Of a stretch of DNA of 64,000 bases, positions 24,874-36,469 are shown piece after piece. Each line of letters begins with the position of its first letter. Positions within the stretch are counted from its first letter, which is position 1. Where the stretch lies: the NCBI GenBank assembly GCA_030704615.1, contig CM060734.1, positions 27,962,001 through 28,026,000 on the forward strand, read 5' to 3'. The notes beneath the pieces were generated by a model, which was not told the DNA's origin, did no database searches, and worked only from the letters and a program-made list of their open reading frames with translations. Position numbers and translations under genes: made by a program. Source of the DNA: Takakia lepidozioides (Eukaryota > Plantae > Bryophyta).

Positions 24874-26560
24874 TCACCCGACCATCTCCCACACTCGAAA
24901 TAGGTGTATCCCCTCCCACTTGAACCTCTTGGCTCGTTGCAGGATCCGATCCCTCTCCCTGGCAGTCACAGTGGCTGCCGTGTCTCCCGTGCGGAGGTAG
25001 TCCAACACAGCCGAATCCTCATGTATATCTCTGGCACCACCTAGCTCATCACTAGCCTCAGGTTCCTCAGACACTCCGTCTACAGTCATCCCTGTTGTAG
25101 GTCCAACCTGACCTCCCGATGCCAAGATACACAAAAATGTAGATGCGTGCCATCCCGGCACCATCTCCTCGTCCGTCTCACCATGCCACCGAGCTCCAGT
25201 GTCATTCTTACATGGATTACAACTCAATCCATCCGCATCCCGATTGACCAAACCCGGTCGATGCACAACCTGAAAGTCATACTCCTGGAGTATGAATGCC
25301 CACCGTGCAAGCTTCCCCGTAAGCTTGTCTGACTCCATCAACCACTTGAGTGGTTGATGATCCGTGACAAGGGTGAAAAGATTGCCGTATAGATAGCACC
25401 TGAAGTGTGTCACGGCCCACACTGCAGCTAAGCACTCTCCCTCATATGAGCTGTACTTAGCCTCTGCAGCATTGTTCGAGCGGCTAGCATAAGCCACTAC
25501 GAACTCTCTTCCCTCATCATCCACCTGTGTGAGCACCGCTCCAAGCCCCAGCATGCTCCAATCCGTATGCAGCTGAAAGGGACGCCCCCTGGTAGGTCGT
25601 CTCAGGATAGGCGCCGAGGTCAACCTCACCTTGAGCTCTTGAAAAGCTCGTTCCTGCTCATCTTCCCACTGCCACTCCTGGTCCACCTTGGTCAGCTTGG
25701 TTAGAGCCTTTGCAATGGTACTAAATCCCTTAACAAACCGTCTATAATAGTTTGCCAACCCCATGAAAGCTCAAACTCGGCTCACATCCGTGGGGCGTGG
25801 AATTTGTGCAATGGCCTCTACCTTAGTCTGCTGTACCCCCAATCCTCCAGGATATATCATGTGACCCAGATACTCAACTGGTTGTGGAAAAACTTGCACT
25901 TCCCCGGATGCAACTTCAATCCGTGCGCTCTCAAGCTCCAATACCACCTGAAGGTGTCTCTCATGCTCCTCCATCGTAACACTAAATGATGATGATCATC
26001 TATGTAGCACCGAGCAAAGTCCACCCCTGCTAGAATCCTATCCATGACTCTCTGAAACTCTGCAGAGCATTCTTAAGCCCAAATGGTAAGAACCGCCACT
26101 GATATAGGCAATCCTTGCCGTGCTCATTGATCCCCCAGAATGTCATCTTCTGCTTGTCCGCCTCCTTGATTGGCAACTGGTGATATCCGGATCGTAAATC
26201 CAAAGTGCTAAAGGCCTTAGCATGCCCGATGGCATCAAAGATCTCCTCTGGTGTTGGCATGGCATACTATCGGACTTGGTCTGACGATTTACAGGCGGTA
26301 ATCACCGCACATACGTCTCTCTGTCCAATTGCCATAGACATCCTTCTTGGTTGGCATGACTGAAGCATACTCTCCACCAGAGAGCTCCACCAAACCTGCC
26401 TCCTAGAGATCTTGAGTCCTCATCTGAATCAAAGACCTCTCCATGTCACTGTATCTGTAGGGTCTCCAAAAGATTGGCGTGTCAGTGGCCAACTCAATAC
26501 GGATCTCTTGACCCTTCAGTGCTCCCAAGTCCTTCAAACTGAAGGCAAGCAATTCCTGTA
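24874..26560 (-). pseudogene. Reverse transcriptase and RNase H
   Basis: RMCGDY, FSTLDLRSGYHQ, LPFGLKNA, YIDD; GLANYYRRFV, LHTDWS, YEGECLA, TDHQPL. Confidence 0.93.
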
Positions 26561-26979
26561 AGCCCTCAGGAACCGCCGTATACGTCGTCTCTCTCCCCGG
26601 TGACAATGGGTCCAATGTCAGGCTCCCAATTTCCTCCGTAACTGCAACCTTAAGTCCAGTGGGCTTAGAGGTAGATGACGCGTCCAATGGTTGCTATGTT
26701 GCAACCTCTTGAGCAGTACTCCCTACCTGCTCAGTCAATGACAAGGCCTCATCCTGCCCCATCATCTCATCGTTGAGGACCTCCTCAACCCGGGAAGAAT
26801 CCCCAACCTCATCCATCACAGCCGCCTTGGCTGCCAACTCCCTCTGAACCTCACGCACCTCCCACGTGTGCCATGGATGCATGCACCCCGTGGTCCTCAC
26901 ATGCTCGCCCCCACTCACTGCCTGTACCGTCTCGGTAGGCAGAGAGACCATCGAGGGAAGTGTACTCGCACTTTGCGTT

Positions 26980-27950
26980 GCTCAACCAGAGCAAGCTGAT
27001 AATCCAGGTCAAGCAATTGAGATCCATTGCTTGCCCCAACACTTGATGACGTGATGCCTCAGAAAGAGACAACACCGCCGTGGTACCAATAGTAAAACCC
27101 ATTGCCCGCTCACGCTCGTCAGCATTAGGCTCCACTAACTGCTGCAACTGAGCATCCCACAGGAGGCCAGGTCCACTATCCCGGAAAGCATGCGATCCTG
27201 GGAAGCTGAGCAGTGTAGGTAATGCTGCTCATGGTTGACCCACCTTGTTGACCACTGCCAAAGGCGAACGGTCATCATGTCTCACATGCTGAGACTGCCT
27301 CCCTGTGTCCAAAATGCTATCCACTGTGAGATGTGCTGGCCGCTGCACCCCATCAAATGCACGCTTGAGCAGTGCGGGTGGCATCAAGGTTAGTCCACCA
27401 TAGCCGTGGACGATGAGCCCGTGAACCCACTGTAGCTGCATCTAGCAACACTGCTGACCTAAGCCATGACCGGACTTGATGCACACTGGCCATCACCCTG
27501 GCCCGAGAATCGCCCATCAGTGGCACATTCTCCAAGATGTAGCTGGAGATATAGCTTGATGAAGCTGCAGTGCTGCAAAAAACCCGCACCATCTCCCAAA
27601 ACAGACCCGACCTTGAGTCTCGCAATCCATTGCCATGCCCGGCTGATGAATGCCCTTGGCTGGGCCAACTTGCCACTACCAGATCAATGGAGCCTACCCG
27701 CTCCAAAAATCCTCGCCCCCAAACGAAATGTCTGCTGGCAAGGCCTGCTGATATCCACGAATTGCAGACACCGACAACAACTCAGGGTACCGCTGCACCA
27801 ACTGAGCAACATGGCGAAGTGAAACGCGTCATGAAGTCTCATCCCTCTCCCTATACAGGTAACGCCGAACTCGTACACCTGCCTGTAACAAACACCGCAG
27901 CCAATCCGGTTGCTGATCCGCCAACAAGTCTAGAAGACAAATGCCTTCAT
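26980..27950 (-). pseudogene. DNMT3-like C5-cytosine methyltransferase domain inside pol
   Basis: Motif I LLDL(F)GGISTGL..VLQAGVRVRRY (with frameshifts); motif IV IDLVVASWPSQG (PCQ changed to PSQ); SGLFWE; motif VI ILENV; motif VIII DAATVGSRAHRPRLWWTNL; motifs IX/X ERERAMGF...R.QVLGQAMD. Confidence 0.9.
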
Positions 27951-28305
27951 CCGGATACTGCCACACAATAGGTGTGGTGTCCAATGGAGACAACTGAGGT
28001 GGTCCTGGTGCAATCCCCGCACTGCTCTCCTCCTCCTGACGGTACAAAAGCCTCCACCCAGGCTTGTTGCACCCGTCGATCAGCATCCCGCTGCAAATCC
28101 TTGCTCGTGCCCCACAATGGAGTCTGAGCAACCATGGTAGGCAACTCCGCCATACCATACATGTCATCCTGCTCTCCCGGAGGTGGCACATCCTCTGAAT
28201 GAGCGTTGCCCTCAAGCAACTCTCTAGGCCAACTCACTGCCGCTGTGAATGCTGCTAGTGTCGGCATCTTGCCTCGCTGGGCAACCGCAACTCCTCCTAT
28301 GAACG

Positions 28306-28670
28306 TCACAGGGAGCTGCACACGCCGGCCCTCCCCTGACTGCCATGCAGGCCTATAGGAAGCTGACTCCTCCCAAAAATCCAGGGTGAAGCCCATGGGG
28401 TACAACACTGCCCCACCAACCAGGACATCGTATGAGACGCGTCTGTCACAATGGCCTTGGCTCGCATCACTGAGCCATCTGTAGGGTGATCCGGCCGTAG
28501 TCTGATAGCCAACTCACGCCGTGTCATGCCCCGAGCCTGCTCCGATCCTCCCAGAGACGTCTGTATCTGGAAAGGACAAGGCTCCATATCCGCCTCCGTG
28601 AGGCCCAAGCCTGCAATAGCAGCTCTGCCCAGCATCAATGGCTGAGCTCCCGAGTCCAACAAGACCCGCA
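28306..28670 (-). pseudogene. Retropepsin aspartic protease
   Basis: LLDSGAQ active-site motif between gag and the DNMT domain. Confidence 0.8.
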
Positions 28671-29399
28671 GTGGCCGGTACCTCTTGCTGCCGGTCCACT
28701 CAAACAGAAAATGCCATCCTGGTTGTCTAACATGACAACTCCAGGTGTCACCATGGCGCGCTCAATGGCTGGCCTAGCTGGCAGCTCCATCAACCTGGCA
28801 GCTGCAGCTGCCATGGCGCCGCCGTGGCAGTCTTGACCCTCAAATCCGAGGATCCCTCCGGCACTACACCTCCCACTATCTCCGCAGAAGATGAAGTAAC
28901 CTCCCCACTCTCACAGAGTGTAGCTGCCAGCCTGAACACCTCAGCTGGTCTTACCCCCGGCGTCGCAATCATGGTAGCCGAGAACAATGGAGCCTGGCAC
29001 ACAGATGTGGCCGCTCCTAGCAGCACACTAGCTGCCGTAGCCTTGGCAACACTAGGTAGTGGTGCTACCCGTGTAGCTCTCCCCAATGGCATAGTAACCT
29101 CCGCCTCGGTAACAGTCGGGCGAGAACTAGGTGCCATGGATGGCGTCGACACTGTCTCCGCCAATGTGAATGACTGAGGAAGCCTAGCCTGACGGCTTGC
29201 CTCCCCACGCTGTGGATCCAACTCCACCTCTGCACCTCGTGGCTCAGGAACTCGTGCTGCTCCTCGAGTCACGGCTGCAGCAGACTCCACCTGCACTAGT
29301 GGTAGTGCTGCTCCACACATGAATCCCATGCCTCCCATATCTCCTCCCTCAGGAGCAGGAGGTGGACCATCACCTGAGCTGTAGCCATGGCAGCGAGCC

Positions 29400-30838
29400 T
29401 CTGCTCTAGCTGCTGAAGCCGGTTGGCCATGCCTTGGTCAACCCTGACCTCCGCGTCCTTGGCCGTTGAGCTTGCCCTTGGCCTGCACCTCGTGGCTGGC
29501 CACCTCGTCCTCTCTGGGCTGCTCCACCTCGCCCCCGGCCACCATTGTTCCCTTGGAACTGGCCTGGGCGCAACTCAGGATGCAAACCATAACACTGGGC
29601 CTCTCCATGCCCGTGCTTGCCACAATGCCCACTGCAACTGTGCAGGCTGTGCATGTGCCGGCCCTTTGCCTCCCTCTGGGCAATCCTTCTTGACATGGGG
29701 TCCTCCACATGTCCAGCACACCACATCCGCCCGTTGTTGGCCAGCAAATGAAGGGAGAGACCCCTGCATCTGAGGTCCTCTCTGCCCTTCCCTGAGCTTC
29801 ACCTGAGCCCCCTTGTTGCCTGAGCACGTTGAGGTAGTGGTTGGCTAGGAGCACCACTACCCGTGGTGTCTCCTTAGCAAATCCCACCATGACCACTCGT
29901 TCCTCCACCATGTTGAGCTCTATCCGCTCTGCCAGCAAAAACACATTTGCTAAGGTGGGTTGGGCCGCTTGTAGGAGAGTTGCATCCCGCACCCTTCTCC
30001 TCAGCTCCTTGTCCAATATCCCATACCAGAATTGGACTGCCTGAGCTTCCGTAACCCCTTGGGTTACATTTATCAAGCGCCTCATGCGAGTGAAAGCCTC
30101 CCTCAAGCTCTCGGTCGGCTTCCGTTGGAACTCTTGCAAGCTCCGCAACTTCTCTGTCCTCACCCCTTGGTAGTTCCCTCTCAACTCTTCGAAGAACTCC
30201 ACAACAGGGTTGAAGGCAGGCACGGGTGCTAGTGCTGGTGCGGTAGTGGCTTGGGTGGACGTCGTAGCTACTGTACCACCAGTCCCACTGCTACTTGCTG
30301 AAGCTGCCGGTGCAGCGGCAGGTGTAGCCACTGCCCTCGTGGCTCTAGTGCCCCTAGTGATGGAGACATAGTCGGGTGACCAGTACATCCTCCACTCCTC
30401 GATCTCAACCTCATGCCCCCGCCTGAACTCATGGTAATCATCCATAGGCGGCCCCTCAAGGTGCTGAAACAGCCCCTTCCATGCCATGAAAGGCGTAAAT
30501 AGTTGTGGATTGCGCATTTGCTGCAAATCACACCAACTATCAAACTCTTGGATAAAATCATCCAACTCGATGGTGCCCACCGCCCCAGAGTACCTTCGTG
30601 GCCCCTTGGTAGCTCCATACATCTCCTCCATTGTGTCCCACAACAATGGCAAAGAAACAACTTGCACCGCCGGTATGAGTCCTCCTGATTCACAATCCGA
30701 ATCAGAACCTTCCGTAGAAGACACAGGAGGTGAAGGTGGCCTAAACCGCACACCTCGTCTCGTGTACCCACTAGTATCGCTAGTGCTCGAACCGGCACTG
30801 TCCCCAGCAACTAGTGGCACCTCCGTGTTGACACTCAA
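29400..30838 (-). pseudogene. gag: Gag with zinc knuckles
   Basis: ORF 29438..30838 (FQRKPTESLREAFTRM...FWYGIL); knuckles CWTCGGPHVKKDC and C..CGKHGHGEAQC in shifted frames. Confidence 0.8.
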
Positions 30839-31559
30839 CCGGTCATGAACATGTCCCTAACCCCCTCTCCACAAGGTAACCGGGTAGAGAACCTGTTGCG
30901 GCTTATGGTTTGGAATACTAAGTTCCTAACATAGCCTACACCTGTACCTGCATCCACCGCAGCACTCCTATGGTTGGCTGGTCATCACCTCCAACCTCAC
31001 CACAGGAGAAACAATGATGGTCTGGCTGGTCATCACCCCAGCCTCACCATCGACAGCATGCTCTAGGACTGGCCGGTGATCAAATCCGGACCAATCACCT
31101 ATAAAAACAAGCGCCCACACAAAACTAGCATGGCGCACAGTCAAGCATGCAGGTATGGAGGGGATCCAAACACAAGAAATCAGAACGACAACTCCCCCAC
31201 ACCAAAAACAACTCCACGGTGTTGCTCCTGCAAGGACACCCCAGCCCAAACCCGGACTGACTCTTGCCTCCACCTACGGAAAGGTCTTGGCCTAATGAGA
31301 GGGTGGAAACTACGAGGAAGAGAAGCTAAAGCAATGCCTAACCCCAGCATGCCCTCATCCCAACACTCTTCCTCTCCTCTCTTCCCTCACTTGCATGACC
31401 ATGGGAATATCATGAAGATACTCCTCAAACCGCCCTCCACGAGCTTCAAAATTCGGCCTTCAAGACCACATGCCAGTCCTTAGGCAGTCCGCCAGTGCCT
31501 CCACGAGTCAGCACAGGCCGTCCACAGGTCAACACGGGCCACCACAGACCAACACAGGC

Positions 31560-32050
31560 CCACACAGCTCACTCGTCACAGCCGTCACAGTCCCACAGGC
31601 CACTGGGCACAGCCTGTCACAGCCCCTCATTCACAGGCCACAGCCTGTCACAGCCCGTCATAGCCCCACAGGCCACGGGCACACCACACACAGCCCCGCA
31701 CAGCCCGTCACAGCGCAGCACAACAGCCCCACAGGCCACTGGGCACAGCCTGTCACAGCCCCGCAGCCCTGCTCACAGTCACAGCCGTCACAGCCCCACA
31801 GGCCAAGCACAGCCTGTCACAGCCCCGCACAGCCCGTCACAGCCCACCACATGTCACAGCCCCACAGCCCCAAAGGCCTCAGGCCTCACAGCCCGTCACA
31901 TGCTCAAGCACAGCCCGTCACAGGCAGGCACCACAGCCCCTCATAGCCCGTCATAGCCCCAAAGGCCTCAGGCACGCTGTCACAGCCCCTCACAGCCCAA
32001 AGGCCACGGGCACAGCCTGTCACAGCCCCACAGCCCGTCACAGCCCCATC
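31560..32050 (+). repeat. GTCACAGCC/CACAGGCC-rich degenerate tandem array in the leader of the DNMT-Gypsy
   Basis: Dense CACAGCC(C/T)GTCACAGCC units over ~500 bp. Confidence 0.85.
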
Positions 32051-33703
32051 CATGGCCGCTCTGGCAGTTTAGCCATTTCTCCAAGGGTTTAGCCACGCCA
32101 AGCTAGGGTTTGTGTCTCTTGGACTCTAGGCTTCTTTCCACCGAGCTATGGCGGCTTTGAGGAAATCACAAGGTATTTTTGCTCTTTCGGCTCCCACACA
32201 CCACCATAGTAGCCCTAAGCCATGAGGTGGTTGCCACAAACCAAGCCTTTTTTCTCACTTAGCCTCCCCAAACACGCCACTAAACTCAATGGCAACCAAC
32301 CAAGCCTTGCTGGTTCCCAGCCCTTGTGAGCACTCATTCAAGCACTCTCCTTGGCCATAACATCTATCTTAGAGCCTATTCCAACCCCCTACACCTGCTG
32401 CTTCAAAAGTTGCGCTCCCTTCAAGCTTGAAGTTGAAACCCCAACTCACATAGGCCCTACAAGTGCTTTTCTTTCACTCCAAGTGGAAACCAGCCCTAGA
32501 CCTTCCGTTCTAGCTCTCTAAGCTTGAAAACAAGAGCCTCAATGGGCTGAAGGCATGCTCCACACATGCCCCACTCTCACCATAAGAGAATCAGCTCCTT
32601 TGCTTCATTTCTTGCACCCACAAACCTGAAAATACAAGCTTCAGCAGGCTGAAAGCATGCTCCACATGCCCTACAGGGAAACCAGCCCCTTCCTTCCTTT
32701 CTTGCACTCCCACACCTGAAAGTGCAAGCCTTCACCAGGCTGATAGCATGCTCCACACATGCATTGCCCTCACATAAGGGAAGTCAGCCCTTCCCTCTTC
32801 CTTGCTTGCCCTCCAAGCTTGAAGATGGAAGCTTCAATGAGCTGAATACATGCTCCACACATGCAACCTCTTCACACAAGAGATATCAGCCCCTATCTTG
32901 GCTCCTTGATGCTCTCTAAGACAAGACTAAGCACTCCACAGCCTTTGCCAAGCTCCTGAAACCCTAAGGCTTACATTTCCAGCCACAAGACACTTCTCTT
33001 GTGGTGCAAGAGCTCTTCTTCCAAGCTCTGAAACCCTAGGTGCACATTCCATGGCCTTGCCGCACCTCTTAGCTGTTGCTCTTGCCATGACAAGAGCCCT
33101 CTCAATGCTGAAGCTCGAGATTGAAACCCAATCTCACCATACTCCACAAAGTGCACTGATTTGCCCCAAGCCAAATCAGCCCTTTCGCTTGGTCTTGCAA
33201 TCCTTCACATAATGAAAGCTCGCATTCCCAAGTCCAGTTCTCAGCTTTGCCACCAAAGCCACTATAACCTGCCTTGACTGGTCCTCTTCCCAATCGTGCT
33301 TGCTCATGCATGTACACAATCTGAAACCATCAAGGTGCTCTGGAATTACCTGCAGCATGGTGCTTTCATCTCTGAAGCTGAAGATCGAATGCCAAGGTCT
33401 ACCACCTCGTAACCCACATCGCCTCCGCTTCTAACAACCAAGAGCTCCACGGCGCTCTTTGCATAACAACTTGGTTTCTCTCATTCTCAAGCAAAAACCA
33501 CAAGTGCTACAACTAACTCATATCTGGCACTCACAGATACGAGCTCATCTTTCTCGAGTGATAAAGAAGAAGAATACAAGCACGAGCTCACAAATCTGAA
33601 GCATAAACTCATGCATATATAACCTCATCACTCAAATACAAGTCAAGCCAAGTGCACCCCACGCCATGGGGAATCCACACTACGGCGCCATAACTAGGCG
33701 CGG

Positions 33704-33875
33704 TGAGGCTCAACTCGAGAAAGATGAGCCTCCCGTGCTTGCCATGAAGATAACCACTCCAGGGCCTCAATCTGCCTTGACCCCTGGATTGACACTTGGG
33801 CCAATCCCAAATGTCAATATGTAAAAGCTAGTTATTTCCTAGCTAGTTTCACACTAGTGGTAAAATAACTTGACA
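33704..33875 (-). repeat. Remnant of the 5' LTR of the DNMT-Gypsy (truncated at the LINE junction)
   Basis: Matches 23013-23182; homology stops at 33875 where LINE sequence begins. Confidence 0.75.
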
Positions 33876-36469
33876 CCCTCTACATCCTCCGACAAATGAA
33901 CATTAGCATACAAACCAATCTATCCAGCTACCCCAACACCATCTCACCTCTTGAACAAGCCTGGCTTGCTAGCCCACTCCTCTCCGCACTTGAAGAACAA
34001 CATTCCCGCCAGAAGACAACCATACTTGCCTACTTTAAACTCCGACATATGACGACTCTCACCCAACTGACCACAACCTCTGGCTGCAAACTTCTCTCAC
34101 CCCGAGAATTCACTCATACCCCCCTCAAAATACCCCGCTCTTTTATCAAACTATCTCTAGCCCAGTCACATACTATTATTCCTCCGGACATCCTAACACT
34201 TCTTATGGAATCCTTTCACATTTTACACTCCTACTATTCTAGCCCGCTTACATGCCCTCTGACGCTTTCGTCATACTCTAGCCCTCACCCTAGAAACTAT
34301 TTCTTTGGAGCCATTGGCTCTGCATCCCAACATACCTGGACTGGCCATGGCCTTGCACACCCCCCCCCCCAAGGGCCCCATCTACAAGACGCACTTCAAC
34401 GGGCACGGCTCGCGGCACAGTCATCCCCCTCCAATGCCACCATCCTCCTCCTCTCTCACCAACAAATGCCCAATGGTCCACACCCCCTCCACCAACTGCC
34501 GCCCGGAGTCACGCCCCTAGCCGCTATTGACCTAAGGCAACTCCAATATTCGCGCACCCAGTCCCTCCCCAAATATCTACAACACAAAGAACCTACCTTA
34601 ACCCTCATTCTGCTGGTCCACCGCCCCACCTTCTCTACCATCATACCCAATACCTTCCCAGATCACCTTCTCTACCTTCTCACACACACGCATGGCCTGA
34701 AGGCCACTATTTTCCCGACCCCCCTACTCTCCCCGGCACCCTCGCCCCATGCGTCCCATTCCTCACATTAAAGCAGCTAAGTCGGGGTGTCAAATGCTTT
34801 CCTGCCCACCGGCCATCCCCCCTATCCCAACTATCCCCACGGATCCGCCAGTTTCTCGCACGAAACTTCCTCTTAAATACCCACCTGCCCACTCCCACTA
34901 CATGGATGGCTCTCTCATTGCTGGTCCCCGGGTTGGTTACGGCATATACCATGCCGCTACCAACCAAGGAATCGCCCTATGTCTTCCAGGCCCGGCCACC
35001 ATCCTCCGAGCCGAGCTCATGGCCATTCATGATGATGCCATTACCCAACTCTCCTCATTTTCCCCCACACTACATCTTTACCGACAGCCTCACCTCACTC
35101 TTTCTCATCCGTAACCACCTCTCCCGCCCTTCCTCTCACCATTACTACTCCAACATGAACCTTATATCCGCCATTGCCCATCTTGCCATCTCCTTAGACC
35201 AACCCATATACTTCATTAAAGTCCGCTCCCACACTGGCATCATCGGTAACGACATGGCCGACTTCTTCGCCCAGAAAGGGGCTACCTATCCCGAGGTGAA
35301 ACCTACGTCAGAACCCATACACGTTGCCCATACACACCCCTTCTGGTTCATCCACCCAGTTCTAGGTCCCAATTTGCCTCGCCCTATCCGCAATTTCTCA
35401 ACCACCCTTACCCGCGAAGCCCATAAACAAGCCTCGACCTCCGCCAGCCTCACCAAGCTACATGTCCAGAAATGGACACACTCGGTGGTTCTTCATCATA
35501 AATTATCTAACCATTTCTGGCGCACCAATACCGCCACAGATGCCCAAATCAGGCAGACTCTCAAATTCAGATATGCCCAATACATGGGTCACCAATGCAA
35601 ACACGCCTTCTGGCCACGTCTCTATCCCTCCCCAAATTGCCCGCTATGTGCGAACACACACCCGACCCGGGATACATGGCTACATCTGCTTAGCCTCTAC
35701 ACACACCCTATCATTCATGGCCTCAGAGTCACCCGACATAACCATGCCGTTTGGCACATCCACAAACTCCTCCTAATAGACCTGAAACACGTTGGTTCTC
35801 CCTCATCAATGCAGGCACCTACCAGGGTAGACCTCCCGACCACATGGTGCCCACATGGCTACTACCATGCTCGTGTAGACCCTGCTCCCCCTGCACATGC
35901 CCTGCCCGACTCTGCCTCGACATCCTCCTGGTGCTTGGGTTGCCTATCGGCACCTCGCCTCCTAGCATACCGTCCCTTGGACTCACTATACACTTCATTG
36001 ACTTTAAATACTGTAATGACCGCTACCCCGCCTCCTCCATACTTGAAAAACGCCAAAAATATGCCCTGCTCATTCAGGCTATTCGCCGTCGTGGCTGGTC
36101 TACCGGCCTCCTAACAGTCATTACAGCTGGCACACGGGGTGGAATACACAATGCCAATATCTGTGCTCTTCACAATAACAAAATCCCATTTATCCCTATC
36201 CACAAATGTTTTAAAGCTATCCACCTGACGGCACTCCGTTCCCTCATTGCTATTATCACCAACAAAAGACAACTTGAGTCGCATACCTCTTTGACCTCCT
36301 GACTCCGCCTCTACCCCAAGGGTACCCTCCCCAAACAACCTACCCTAGGTCCCCAGGGTGCCCTCCGGGCACCCCCCTAGCTTTATAGGGCCCACCCCCG
36401 AAAGGGGGCGGTAGCCGCAAGGTGAAGTGGCTATTAGTTACGCCGGCTGCAAGCCGGAGTCATCTCTCT
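33876..36469 (+). mobile_element. 5'-truncated non-LTR retrotransposon with RNase H, CCHC and restriction-like endonuclease (Dualen/RandI-like), copy 1
   Basis: YMDGS, RAEL, IFTDS, KVRSHTGIIGNDMAD (RNase H); CPLC...HLL...RHNH; DILLV...IDFKYCND...EKRQKY..L...ITAGTRG (RLE); structured 3' UTR ending in (CT)n. Confidence 0.8.

Larger units (their letters stand above)
23013..33875 (-). mobile_element. Gypsy LTR retrotransposon encoding Gag-PR-DNMT-RT-RH-INT-PHD (decayed)
   Basis: Direct repeat 23011-23182 / 33702-33875; PPT-like AGGGGGG (minus, 23369-23375) before TG at 23364; PBS-like TGGCGCCGTA (minus, 33681-33690); Gypsy domain order. Confidence 0.88.

Noticed and set aside
31470-31956. His/Ser/Pro-rich proteins
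   Set aside because: Translations of the CACAGCC array.
23008-33880. Intact DNMT-Gypsy insertion with TSD
   Set aside because: The flanks (TTGGG versus CCCTC) do not match, and the 5' LTR is truncated at the LINE.
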